A stretch of 55,228 nucleotides of DNA from Desulfobacteraceae bacterium (lineage in GTDB: Bacteria; Desulfobacterota; Desulfobacteria; Desulfobacterales; ETH-SRB1). Under the pieces are notes generated by a model. It was given only the letters and a program-made list of their open reading frames with translations. It did no database searches and was not told the DNA's origin. Made by a program: the position numbers and the translations under genes. Where the stretch lies: the NCBI GenBank assembly GCA_028571455.1, contig JAPVVG010000208.1:1-55228 (forward strand). The letters are read 5' to 3'. This document shows, one piece after another, positions 1 to 8,525 of this stretch; within the stretch, counting starts at the first letter, position 1, and the number at the start of each line of letters is the position of its first letter.

Positions 1-1
1 T

Positions 2-790
2 ATTCCCCTTATTCTTGAGAACAGGCAGATAGACAGGGTGCCGTTTTTTCATAACCTTAGCCATAACATGCACGGGATCATGGCAATATTTGCGGCAACA
101 GGCGCTTTTCTTTCCTTTTTCCATCAGGGATCTCTTGGCGGGGTTGCGGGCGTGCTTTTTGGTCGTCCCTTTGCTTTTAGAGAGGGAGTGCTAATATGGC
201 CGTGGACTTTTTTTCTCTTTACCTGGTCGGCGGCGGCAAGTGGAGTATGCTTTACACTACTAATTACATGGGTTACCGAAAAGATAACAAGGAAAAAGCT
301 TGTTAAGCAAAATGTTATAAAACTGCTTGCAAAAATAGCAGGCTGGATGCTTGCAACATACACTATTGCGAAGATAATAGACACCTGGTACTGGGCTGCA
401 GTTACAGCGCCATCTAAAGGATTTACTTTAATGGATTTTTATTCCAACAATCCTTTATACGGAATATGGATACTTGTGCTTGAAATAGTTGTTTGTGGAG
501 TTATTCCATCTATAATACTTATTACCAAGAAAGGGCGCGACTCTTCATTTTTGCTTGTAAGCGCTGTGTTCCTTGGTATGCTTGGGGCATGCGTGAATCG
601 CTGGGTAATGGTGCTCCAGGTAATGGCTGTGCCGGTGCTTACCTTTGAAAGCTGGTTCATGTACTTTCCAAGCTGGCAGGAGATAGCTACAACCATCCTT
701 CCGGTAGCATACGGCATTATTCTGGTAATGATTTCATATCGTTATTTACCGATATTCCCGCAGGAACGGGAGTTAGAGTTAGAGGGATAG
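2..790 (+). CDS. qrcD: NrfD/PsrC-family integral membrane subunit, probably menaquinone reductase QrcD (5'-partial)
   Basis: Frame is open from the window edge (IPLILENRQIDRVPFFH...). Has the NrfD-type FLSFFHQGSLGG, NRWVMVLQ and YFPSWQE motifs and multiple TM helices. Confidence 0.75.
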   Translation: MPLILENRQIDRVPFFHNLSHNMHGIMAIFAATGAFLSFFHQGSLGGVAGVLFGRPFAFREGVLIWPWTFFLFTWSAAASGVCFTLLITWVTEKITRKKLVKQNVIKLLAKIAGWMLATYTIAKIIDTWYWAAVTAPSKGFTLMDFYSNNPLYGIWILVLEIVVCGVIPSIILITKKGRDSSFLLVSAVFLGMLGACVNRWVMVLQVMAVPVLTFESWFMYFPSWQEIATTILPVAYGIILVMISYRYLPIFPQERELELEG

Positions 791-802
791 AGGAGGACAG
801 AC

Positions 803-955
803 ATGCTTCCATTTTCGTTTGAATGGCTGTGGGATTTGGATCATATGGTCTTTATGGGGGGCCTGTGGTATGCCCTTACTATTTTAGGCCTCGGCATGAC
901 CTATTGTATTATCAAGGCTGCTATTGATACAGCAAAGGGCAAAGGCAGCCATTAA
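803..955 (+). CDS. Small 50-aa membrane protein directly after qrcD (not in the ORF track)
   Basis: GAGGAGG RBS, then ATG at 803. Translates MLPFSFEWLWDLDHMVFMGGLWYALTILGLGMTYCIIKAAIDTAKGKGSH, with one hydrophobic helix, followed by a terminator. Confidence 0.8.
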   Translation: MLPFSFEWLWDLDHMVFMGGLWYALTILGLGMTYCIIKAAIDTAKGKGSH

Positions 956-976
956 AAATTAAAAACTCAAAATTAT

Positions 977-1027
977 AAAAGCGCTTATCTCATTGTTAAA
1001 TGCTGGTAGGCGCTTTTTTTATTTTTT
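977..1027 (+). terminator. Probable intrinsic terminator of the qrc operon
   Basis: Imperfect stem AAAAGCGCTTATC...GGTAGGCGCTTTT followed by a long T run. Confidence 0.6.
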
Positions 1028-1088
1028 CATTTGTCAGGTTTAAAACCCTCGCTTTTTAGGCCAACACTTTTAGCCAGTTTTACATTTT

Positions 1089-1301
1089 GAATATCGAATA
1101 TCGAACAAGGAATTTCGAACAGCAGAAGTTTTTAAAAGCAATAAAACAATATTCTTCACTTCGACCTGCCCGCAATGCCTTTACGTTGTTCGTGTAGAAT
1201 ACCATAAAATGATGGTATGGTGACATTTATCACCTTAACACCAATTGCAATGCATGGCAGGCGGGTATTCTGCGGTTCCTTGTTCTGCGGTTCTGCGGTT
1301 C
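1089..1301. repeat. Inverted arms of 7-8 bp GAATATC/GAACCGCA tandem units, no gene inside
   Basis: Left arm GAATATC-GAATATC-GAACAAG-GAATTTC-GAACAGCA-GAAGT. The right arm, after removing 1165-1265, reverse-complements to GAACCGCA-GAACCGCA-GAACAAG-GAACCGCA-GAATATC-GAAGT. Confidence 0.8.
1165..1265 (+). mobile_element. 101-bp CCTGCCCGC...GGCAGGCGGG micro-insertion
   Basis: Same termini as 48868-48970 and 9567-9599. Splits the repeat unit TTCGA|TATTC with no duplication. Confidence 0.75.
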
Positions 1302-1367
1302 AAAAATAAATGACTTTCAGTCCCAATAAAAATCTATTTGCTTTAGGAGGTAGTAGTTTAGAAAGGT

Positions 1368-2624
1368 GTGATGGATAGAATTATCATAGAGGGTGGACGC
1401 TCCCTTAAGGGCGAAGTAAAGATAAGCGGATCTAAAAATGCTGCGCTTCCGATAATGGTTTCCTCGCTGCTTGTTGACGGATGGAATACTTATAATAATA
1501 TTCCGCAGTTAAAAGACATACAAAGCATAAAGCTTTTGCTTACAGGACTTGGGGCAAGGATAGAGGAAGATGGAAGCAGTGTTCGGATAGATGCGGGAGG
1601 TCTTTGCAATACCGAGGCGCCATACGATCTGGTCAGGAAGATGAGAGCATCTATCCTGGTTCTCGGCCCTCTTGTGGCCAGGCTTAAAAAGGCCAGAGTA
1701 TCTTTGCCGGGCGGATGTTCTATCGGAGCAAGGCCGATTAATCTGCATCTAAAGGGGCTTGAGCGTCTTGGAGCATCGATTGAATTAAAACACGGCTATG
1801 TCGAGGCTTTTGCTGATCGTCTTAGAGGAAATGAAATTTATTTTGATATTGTAACAGTAACCGGAACAGAAAACCTGATGATGGCCGCTGTTCTGGCTGA
1901 CGGTGTTACCGTTCTTCGCAATGCTGCTTGCGAGCCGGAGGTGGCGGCGCTTGCCGATGTATTAATCAAAATGGGCGCAGATATTCAGGGCGCGGGAACA
2001 TCTGTAATTACAATAAAAGGGGTCCCTTCCCTTCATCCTGTGTCGATTTCTATAATACCCGACCGGATAGAAGCGGGCACCTTTATGGTTGCAGCGGCCC
2101 TGACAGGGGGTAATATAAAGCTTTTAAATTGTGAACCTGATCATATGCAAACTATTATTCACAAGCTAAGGCTGACAAATACCGATATTAAGGTAAATGA
2201 TAAAAATATTGATATTGTTGGATCAGATGAAATCAGCAGTGTTGATATTAAAACCATGCCATATCCTGGTTTTCCTACCGATATGCAGGCTCAGTTTATG
2301 GTTTTGATGTCGATTGCCAAAGGGCTGAGCATTATTTCAGAAACCATCTTTGAAAACCGTTTTATGCATGTAAGCGAACTCAAGCGTATGGGGGCGGATA
2401 TTACGATATCAGGCAATACTGCAATGGTTAAAGGGGTTCCCACGCTTTCAGGAGCGCCGGTTATTGCGTCAGATCTCCGCGCCAGCGCATCGCTTATATT
2501 AGCCGGTCTTGTGGCCAGGGGCAAAACAGAGGTAAATCGCGTGTATCACTTAGATCGTGGATATGAAGCAATTGAGAAAAAGTTTGTTAAGATCGGAGCT
2601 GCAATAAAACGGGTCAGAGAATGA
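1368..2624 (+). CDS. murA: UDP-N-acetylglucosamine 1-carboxyvinyltransferase
   Basis: [42 protein letters not shown] and DLRASA motifs. Confidence 0.98.
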   Translation: MMDRIIIEGGRSLKGEVKISGSKNAALPIMVSSLLVDGWNTYNNIPQLKDIQSIKLLLTGLGARIEEDGSSVRIDAGGLCNTEAPYDLVRKMRASILVLGPLVARLKKARVSLPGGCSIGARPINLHLKGLERLGASIELKHGYVEAFADRLRGNEIYFDIVTVTGTENLMMAAVLADGVTVLRNAACEPEVAALADVLIKMGADIQGAGTSVITIKGVPSLHPVSISIIPDRIEAGTFMVAAALTGGNIKLLNCEPDHMQTIIHKLRLTNTDIKVNDKNIDIVGSDEISSVDIKTMPYPGFPTDMQAQFMVLMSIAKGLSIISETIFENRFMHVSELKRMGADITISGNTAMVKGVPTLSGAPVIASDLRASASLILAGLVARGKTEVNRVYHLDRGYEAIEKKFVKIGAAIKRVRE

Positions 2625-2627
2625 GAA

Positions 2628-5207
2628 ATGGCCTGCAGAATCTATTCACGTCCAATTATCCCTCTTCTAATATCAATGATATTTGGAATTGTCTCTGGAT
2701 CCAGATTCCCCGGCAATTCTATCTGGGCATATTCTATAATTTTTTTATGCGCATGCTTAATAGTTGTTCAAGCAGTATATAAAAAAAACCTGTCTGTTTT
2801 GCCTTTAGTCATTTTCTTTGCATTTGGATACCTCCTCATACAACCATGGGTTGCCCCTAAGTTTCCTTCCAATCACATCATGCACTTTACAGATAACCAT
2901 CGATGGAAAATTGTCGGAGTTGTCGATAAGAATCCGGTAGCCTCTAATAATCGCTTAAGAATAATTTTACGCGTTGAAACCCTTGGCCGGGATAACAGCT
3001 CCTTTCCGGTCTTAGGAAAAATCCGCGTGACAGTAACAAAGCCTTTTCCGGATATCTTTGTCGGAGACAGACTCTCCCTAATCGGCAAAATCAGATCGAT
3101 CAGAAATTTCAACAATCCAGGTGGCTTTAATTATAGAAGATATATGGCTTTTAAAAAAATATGGGGAAGCACCTATGTCCTTGGAAAAAGGATCGTTATA
3201 TTAACCCGAAATTCAGATCCCGGGATTAATACCATTATAGAAAAAGCCCGCAATAGGATTTCCGATCTAATTGATAAGACAGGTAAGGGCAGCCAGCAGG
3301 ATGTATTAAAAGCCCTTATTGTGGGCGATAGAACCGGAATTGCAAAAAATATAGGGGCAGCGTTTAACCGGGCTGGAGTCGGCCATATCCTTGCTATATC
3401 AGGACTTCACATTGGGATTATTGCAACCGCATCGTTTATATTTTTCAGATGGCTTCTTTCTTATAGCAAACTTTTTCTATGGAATGCATGGACAAAAAAA
3501 GGGGCAGCAATTTTATCTCTATTTCCTGTAATTTTATATGGTCTGATTTCCGGGATGTCGCCATCTACCCAGAGGGCGGTAATTATGGTTACAGTCTTTC
3601 TAATGACTTTCCTGTTTGAAAGGGAACAGGACTCAATGAATAGCCTGGCAATAGCTGCAATGATTATTCTTGTCGCTTATCCCCAGTCACTTTTTTCGAT
3701 TTCATTTCAGCTTTCCTTTATAGCCGTTCTTTCAATAATATATGGCATGTCCATGACGTATAATAGCCGTATAAGTGATAGAAATATCACTAAAAAGATA
3801 TGGTTTTTTAAGGCTTTGAAAATTTTGTTTTCTTCTATATTGGTTTCAGTATTTGCAATCCTCGGAACATTGCCGGTTGTCATGTTTTATTTTAACCAGG
3901 TTTCATTGGTTGGTGTTTTTGCAAACCTGTTGATTATTCCACTTATAGGATTTGTTGCGGTGCCCTTGGGGCTGTTTTCTGTGTTTTTGTATCCAATTAG
4001 TATCTCAGGGGCTTCAGTGTTTATTAATTCAAGCGCTGCTGTATTAGGATACGCTCTTGATATTGTAAGTTTTATTGCTGAGTTGCCTTTTGCGGCAGTA
4101 AAAACCGTTACACCAAATTTTTTTGAGATTGGCTGTTATTATGTGCTGGGTTGGTCAATTTTAGGGTTAGTTGGATTTCGGAGGAAAAAGGTTGCAGGTA
4201 TAGATGGAAACAGCTCTTCTATTTCAAGAGATGCAGGGAGGAGATCGCGGAAAAATGCTGTTACCGGACGAAGAACAGCGGCAATTGTTGCTGTATTAAT
4301 CATAGTCGCAAGTTGTGCTAATACCTGTTACTGGGCATATAACAGGTTCTGGCGCAATGATCTCAGGGTTACTATTATTGATGTTGGTCAGGGGAGTGCC
4401 GCCCTTATGGAACTACCAGGGGGTCGTTGCTTTCTTATTGATGGAGGGGGCTTTTCAGACAATTCAATTTTTGATGTAGGAGCAAGAATTGTCGCCCCCT
4501 TTTTATGGCGCAAAAAGATCAAAACAATCGACACCATCGTTCTTTCTCATCCAAATGCTGATCACCTGAATGGATTATTATATATAGCGAGGCATTTTAA
4601 CGTAAAAAGATTATGGTGCAACAGCGATTCCGCAGATATAAATAGTTATCGCGAGTTTATGGAAATTATAAAGAAAAACAGGATAGAAATAATTGCATTT
4701 AAAGACATGCCCCGCAGTCATGAAATAAATGGAGCAAGGCTTGAAATTCTTCATCCCCCAAAAAATTATATTGATAAAAGAAAAAATGAAAAACAGCGAA
4801 ATCTTAACAACAATTCCCTTGTAATAAAGGTAAGTTTTGGATCAAAATCGATTCTGTTTCCCGGGGATATTATGGCTTTCGCAGAGAGGGACATTGTTGC
4901 AAGTCATGGAGATGAATTAAAAAGCACAGTCCTTATTGCCCCTCACCATGGCAGCAAGACGTCCAGCACAGCTATGTTTTTGGAAAAGGTCAAACCGGAA
5001 ATTGTAATAATATCGGCGGGCTGGAAAAATAGTTTTAGATTTCCGAATCCATCGGTTCTGAAAAGATATAATGAGAATGATTGCCGTATATTTCGTACTG
5101 ACAAAAATGGAGCAGTAGCGATATCGATTGATGGCAGAGCTCTTAAAATCAAACCTTTTATTACCGGCAGCGCCGACACCCGGGAAGATTATTCGCCGGG
5201 CCACTGA
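2628..5207 (+). CDS. comEC: DNA uptake competence protein ComEC/Rec2
   Basis: NPGGFNY, HILAISGLHIG and SFQLSF in the competence domain; C-terminal metallo-beta-lactamase domain (DVGQG, SHPNADH, PHHGS). Confidence 0.95.
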   Translation: MACRIYSRPIIPLLISMIFGIVSGSRFPGNSIWAYSIIFLCACLIVVQAVYKKNLSVLPLVIFFAFGYLLIQPWVAPKFPSNHIMHFTDNHRWKIVGVVDKNPVASNNRLRIILRVETLGRDNSSFPVLGKIRVTVTKPFPDIFVGDRLSLIGKIRSIRNFNNPGGFNYRRYMAFKKIWGSTYVLGKRIVILTRNSDPGINTIIEKARNRISDLIDKTGKGSQQDVLKALIVGDRTGIAKNIGAAFNRAGVGHILAISGLHIGIIATASFIFFRWLLSYSKLFLWNAWTKKGAAILSLFPVILYGLISGMSPSTQRAVIMVTVFLMTFLFEREQDSMNSLAIAAMIILVAYPQSLFSISFQLSFIAVLSIIYGMSMTYNSRISDRNITKKIWFFKALKILFSSILVSVFAILGTLPVVMFYFNQVSLVGVFANLLIIPLIGFVAVPLGLFSVFLYPISISGASVFINSSAAVLGYALDIVSFIAELPFAAVKTVTPNFFEIGCYYVLGWSILGLVGFRRKKVAGIDGNSSSISRDAGRRSRKNAVTGRRTAAIVAVLIIVASCANTCYWAYNRFWRNDLRVTIIDVGQGSAALMELPGGRCFLIDGGGFSDNSIFDVGARIVAPFLWRKKIKTIDTIVLSHPNADHLNGLLYIARHFNVKRLWCNSDSADINSYREFMEIIKKNRIEIIAFKDMPRSHEINGARLEILHPPKNYIDKRKNEKQRNLNNNSLVIKVSFGSKSILFPGDIMAFAERDIVASHGDELKSTVLIAPHHGSKTSSTAMFLEKVKPEIVIISAGWKNSFRFPNPSVLKRYNENDCRIFRTDKNGAVAISIDGRALKIKPFITGSADTREDYSPGH

Positions 5208-5493
5208 TCAATAATGAGAACTATTCATTTTCCTTGAAAACAAGACGATTAAGTGTTAAAGGCAAAAAAAACGTTCCACCACCATCAATCTATTCCATAA
5301 CAAACTGTATAAATTTTGGATGGAACAAATGAGGCTCAAATTTCTTATCCTGTCATGGTATGTCCACTGGGCTCATCCGGCCGGACTACAGGGAGTTTCA
5401 ATCCACACCCGCTTCAAAAGAGAAACCCGATAAATCAATCACAATATTCGACTACCACAGGCTTCTATCAAAAACAGGATGGAAAGTAACCCA

Positions 5494-5522
5494 CCTGTCT
5501 GCGTGCGGCACGCACAGGCAGG
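5494..5522. mobile_element. 29-bp palindromic micro-insertion CCTGTCTGCGTGCGGCACGCACAGGCAGG
   Basis: Hairpin; splits the His codon CA|T of the gene fragment. Confidence 0.75.
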
Positions 5523-5539
5523 TCGAATAGAGTGTCCCC

Positions 5540-5584
5540 CCTGCCCAGTTGAACCGGGTTCCCTTCCAGGGTGTTCAACCGGGG
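5540..5584 (+). mobile_element. 45-bp hairpin micro-insertion CCTGCCCAGTTGAAC...GTTCAACCGGGG
   Basis: Splits the Leu codon C|TG of the same fragment; no duplication. Confidence 0.75.
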
Positions 5585-5673
5585 TGTCCTCAGAACGCCT
5601 GAGGACCCCAAAGTTTGAATGGCTTACAAAGTTTTCTTGCCAATCGTAACGCTCTGTTCTATAATTCAACTCA

Positions 5674-5886
5674 TAACTGTTTAGCCACTAAGTCATAAAG
5701 AATGGCATTAAAAGAACAAGTTAAATAGGACGCGGATTTCCACAGATAATATTTTTATTTTTCAATTTAAGAATTATGATAATCTGTGCGAAACCTCTAA
5801 CTTAAATCTTTGGTGTCTTCGTGCCTTTGTGGCTGAACGTTTAATTATAATCTTTGGTGTCTTAGTGCCTTCGTGGCTAAGCTTTT
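5674..5886. repeat. GCCAC.AAG.CAC-type inverted tandem-repeat arms with a duplicated right arm
   Basis: Left arm GCCACTAAGTCATAAAG. Right arm ATCTTTGGTGTCTT(C/A)GTGCCTT(T/C)GTGGCT occurs twice (from about 5807 and 5850). Confidence 0.7.
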
Positions 5887-5915
5887 AAATTCTTTAGAAA
5901 TAAGGGAGAGTTCTT

Positions 5916-7325
5916 ATGAGCGGGCTTTTGTTTGGTGAAAGGTTAATTGATAAAAAACGAATAACTAAAAAGCAGCTTCAAAAGGCTTTGGATCGCCAGC
6001 GACTTCACGGTGGCAGAATCGGGAGCAACATGGTCGCTCTGGGGTTTATAGATGAGGATGATATAAAAGATTTTTTTGAGAGTGCCCCGATCGTTCCGAA
6101 AACTGTGGAGGCAACCGGCCTTGAATTTTCTTTCATCGTCGATCTGATAAGCAAACATGCTTTGAACATGGGAGAATTTTCCATGCCGGAAATGGCAGCA
6201 CGAACAAAACTTACCTTAGCCGTGGTGGGTGAGGCCATTGACAGGCTGCGACATGACCAACTTGTTGAGGTAAAAGGCGCCAGTCAGCTCTTGAAACTTA
6301 CCTACCGGTTAAGTCTTACCGAAGCCGGTCTAAAACGTGCATCCAGTCTCCTGGAGATCTCCAGATATGTTGGGCCGGCGCCCGTAACTTTCGATGATTA
6401 CCGAAACATGGTGGAAATACAGACAATCAAAAGCATTTTTGTTGACCCGGAAAGGATTCGAGATGCTTTTTCAAATCTCGTTGTGAATGAACGGGTTCTG
6501 GAAAACATCGGGCCTGCAGTTAGCTCCGGCAAGGCCATCTTTTTGTACGGCCCTTCGGGTAACGGTAAGACAACCATCGCTGAAACCATCGGTAGAATTT
6601 TGCCGGGAAGCATTTACATACCGTATGCCGTGCTGACTGAAGGAGAAATTATCATGACCTATGACAAGGCCAGCCATGTGGCCGTTAAACCACAACATAG
6701 TGCCAACACTGTGGACCAGCGATGGGTTCTTGTAAAAAGACCCGTCGTCATGGTGGGAGGAGAAATGACGCTCAAATCTCTCGATCTCGACTTCAATGAA
6801 ATATCAAAATTCTATGAAGCGCCGTTACAAATGAAGGCAAATAACGGCCTTTTTATCGTTGACGACTTTGGACGGCAACAGGTGGATCCGCAAAACTTTT
6901 TGAATCGCTGGATTGTCCCCCTGGAACGTAGAACCGACTTTTTATCTTTTCACACCGGAATGAAAATCGAAATTCCTTTTGACCAGTTGGTAGTCTTCTC
7001 AACAAATCTTGAACCCCGCTCACTGGTGGATGATGCTTTTCTACGAAGGATTCATTATAAAATTAGCATTGATCACCCGGAATTGAGTGAATATAAAGAA
7101 ATTTTTCAAAGGGTATGCGATTCTAACGGCATTGCTTTCAATAACGATGTGTTTAATCATCTCATCGAAAACTATTATCATAAGAAAAATATCAAGCTCA
7201 CCTCCTGCCATTGCCGTGACCTTATAGAACTTATCATAGACAGTGCGCGTTATCACAGCCTAAAACCGGAACTTACAAAAGATACTTTATCGACTGCGTG
7301 GGACATCTACTTCGTGGAAATGTAA
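5916..7325 (+). CDS. AAA-family ATPase with an N-terminal MshEN/GspE-N-like domain and a probable winged-helix region
   Basis: Walker A GPSGNGKT, Walker B FIVDDFGR, DAFLRR. N-terminus LFGERLI...QLQKALDRQ...RIGSNMVALG. Confidence 0.8.
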   Translation: MSGLLFGERLIDKKRITKKQLQKALDRQRLHGGRIGSNMVALGFIDEDDIKDFFESAPIVPKTVEATGLEFSFIVDLISKHALNMGEFSMPEMAARTKLTLAVVGEAIDRLRHDQLVEVKGASQLLKLTYRLSLTEAGLKRASSLLEISRYVGPAPVTFDDYRNMVEIQTIKSIFVDPERIRDAFSNLVVNERVLENIGPAVSSGKAIFLYGPSGNGKTTIAETIGRILPGSIYIPYAVLTEGEIIMTYDKASHVAVKPQHSANTVDQRWVLVKRPVVMVGGEMTLKSLDLDFNEISKFYEAPLQMKANNGLFIVDDFGRQQVDPQNFLNRWIVPLERRTDFLSFHTGMKIEIPFDQLVVFSTNLEPRSLVDDAFLRRIHYKISIDHPELSEYKEIFQRVCDSNGIAFNNDVFNHLIENYYHKKNIKLTSCHCRDLIELIIDSARYHSLKPELTKDTLSTAWDIYFVEM

Positions 7326-7346
7326 ATAAAATCGTTTTCCTTTGTG

Positions 7347-7386
7347 CCTGCCCGCCATCGGCTTCGCCTTAGGCGAGGCGGGCGGG
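7347..7386 (+). mobile_element. 40-bp CCTGCCCGCC...GGCGGGCGGG micro-insertion in a repeat arm
   Basis: Removal restores CTTTGTG|TCTTAGTGCCTTTGTGGC, the arm type seen near 5850, 18797 and 24061. Confidence 0.75.
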
Positions 7387-7422
7387 TCTTAGTGCCTTTG
7401 TGGCAATTTTTTTAGGTTTTAA

Positions 7423-8049
7423 ATGAAAAAAGCAGCAATCATTTTTTTTACATGCATCCTGATTTCAGGGTGTGTATCAACCCGTGAAGCCACGAAAAGA
7501 CAAATACTAAATTTAAACACTCAACATTTCAAAGATACGATAATAATCAAACAGGTCTCATCGGGTGATGTAACTAAATTTTCCACGTTAAAAGGGTATC
7601 GACATGAAAAATACCTCGGAATTGGCTGGCTGGACAGCTTTTTGATAGGATATCTGAATAATAAAACCGGGAAAAGACATTACCATGTATATCAGTTTAT
7701 CAGTTACCAGGGACAAGGATGGAGATTATATAATCGTGTGAACTATGAAACTCCTGAGGGGACAAAGTCTAAGCCCCTGATAAGCTATCACAAAGAATTA
7801 ATGAATTGCTCCTCTTCAAGAGCCTGTACCTACGAAGAACATGTTGTGTTTGATATTGAGGAGGCGTTATTGAGACAAATAGCAGAGCGTGCACCTGAAA
7901 CTCAGGGGAAAACCACTGCCAAGGGAAAGGTCAGCGCTTTTTTATACAAGCTTTCTTCCAAACAAGGGCACAACATTACGTATTGGTTATTGCCGTCTGA
8001 AGTCGCAGCGCTGCTGGAAGTTATGGATGAATATACCAGAGCAAAATAA
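7423..8049 (+). CDS. Hypothetical lipoprotein
   Basis: Signal peptide with lipobox ISGC; no domain recognised. Confidence 0.7.
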   Translation: MKKAAIIFFTCILISGCVSTREATKRQILNLNTQHFKDTIIIKQVSSGDVTKFSTLKGYRHEKYLGIGWLDSFLIGYLNNKTGKRHYHVYQFISYQGQGWRLYNRVNYETPEGTKSKPLISYHKELMNCSSSRACTYEEHVVFDIEEALLRQIAERAPETQGKTTAKGKVSAFLYKLSSKQGHNITYWLLPSEVAALLEVMDEYTRAK

Positions 8050-8116
8050 TCGGTTGAAAACTGCGAATATCGAATATCGATTACATGAATATCGAATGTC
8101 GAAGTATGGAATCGCT

Positions 8117-8227
8117 CCCGCCTGCCATTGCAAGCTCGCCCGCCAGCCAAGCCCGCCCGGCATTCGCCTGAGGCGCAGCCGATGGCGGACGGGCATGGCG
8201 AGGCGGCCTGGGGCACGAGCGGGCAGG
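8117..8227 (-). mobile_element. Nested micro-insertion (three layers, 111 bp)
   Basis: Outer 18+15 bp are the exact reverse complement of the 33-bp element at 9567-9599. The innermost ~42 bp resembles the reverse complement of 7347-7386. Removal restores ATCGCT|TCGCTC (compare GTCGCTTCGCTC at 12771). Confidence 0.75.
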
Positions 8228-8326
8228 TCGCTCTGTTTTTTATAAAATTGCCATAATAAATTCCTTCGGAATTCTGCGGTTCTGCAGTTTAAAACATACC
8301 CTGACCGTAGCTGATAGAGCACATGA

Positions 8327-8359
8327 AAAAGGCAGCTTCTGAATTAAAAGCTGCCTTTT
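8327..8359. terminator. Probable bidirectional terminator
   Basis: Perfect 12-bp stem AAAAGGCAGCTT/AAGCTGCCTTTT between convergent genes. Confidence 0.7.
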
Positions 8360-8525
8360 GACTTATTAAATTTGTAACGATTCCCAGTTAACCGGCTTTG
8401 GGTTCATCGAAAATCTGAATCCATAAACCTTGATTGTTTGTCATTCGTTATTCGATATTCATCATTCGATATTCATCATTTTTTACTTAGCTTTAAACCT
8501 TGAACCTCTGAACCTTTGAACCCCC

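Larger units (their letters stand above)
5381..5601 (+). pseudogene. Fragment homologous to the C-terminus of the broken gene at 48210-49392, interrupted by two micro-insertions
   Basis: Removing 5494-5522 and 5540-5584 gives PDYREFQSTPASKEKPDKSITIFDYHRLLSKTGWKVTHRIECPLSSERL, which aligns with RDFQSKPAAEESGKGAILIDDYLRILNKTGWQHTHIIQAPMSAQRF starting at 49168. Confidence 0.8.
8065..8523. repeat. Cluster of heptamer-repeat arms between convergent genes
   Basis: GAATATC units 8065-8105, TTCTGCGG units near 8270, ATTCGATATTCATC units 8443-8480, TGAACCT(C/T) units about 8500-8523. Confidence 0.7.

Noticed and set aside
5395-5410. GTTTCAATCCACACCC resembles the end of a CRISPR repeat
   Set aside because: Single copy, no spacers, no cas genes; it is coding sequence (EFQSTP) of the gene fragment.
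5490-5625. Hairpin-rich stretch that could be taken for 6S RNA or a riboswitch
   Set aside because: Mostly explained by two micro-insertions in a pseudogene; no RNA-family motif recognised.
7889-8322. Three overlapping ORFs across the GC-rich nested element
   Set aside because: Open only because the GC-rich insert lacks stops; no protein features.
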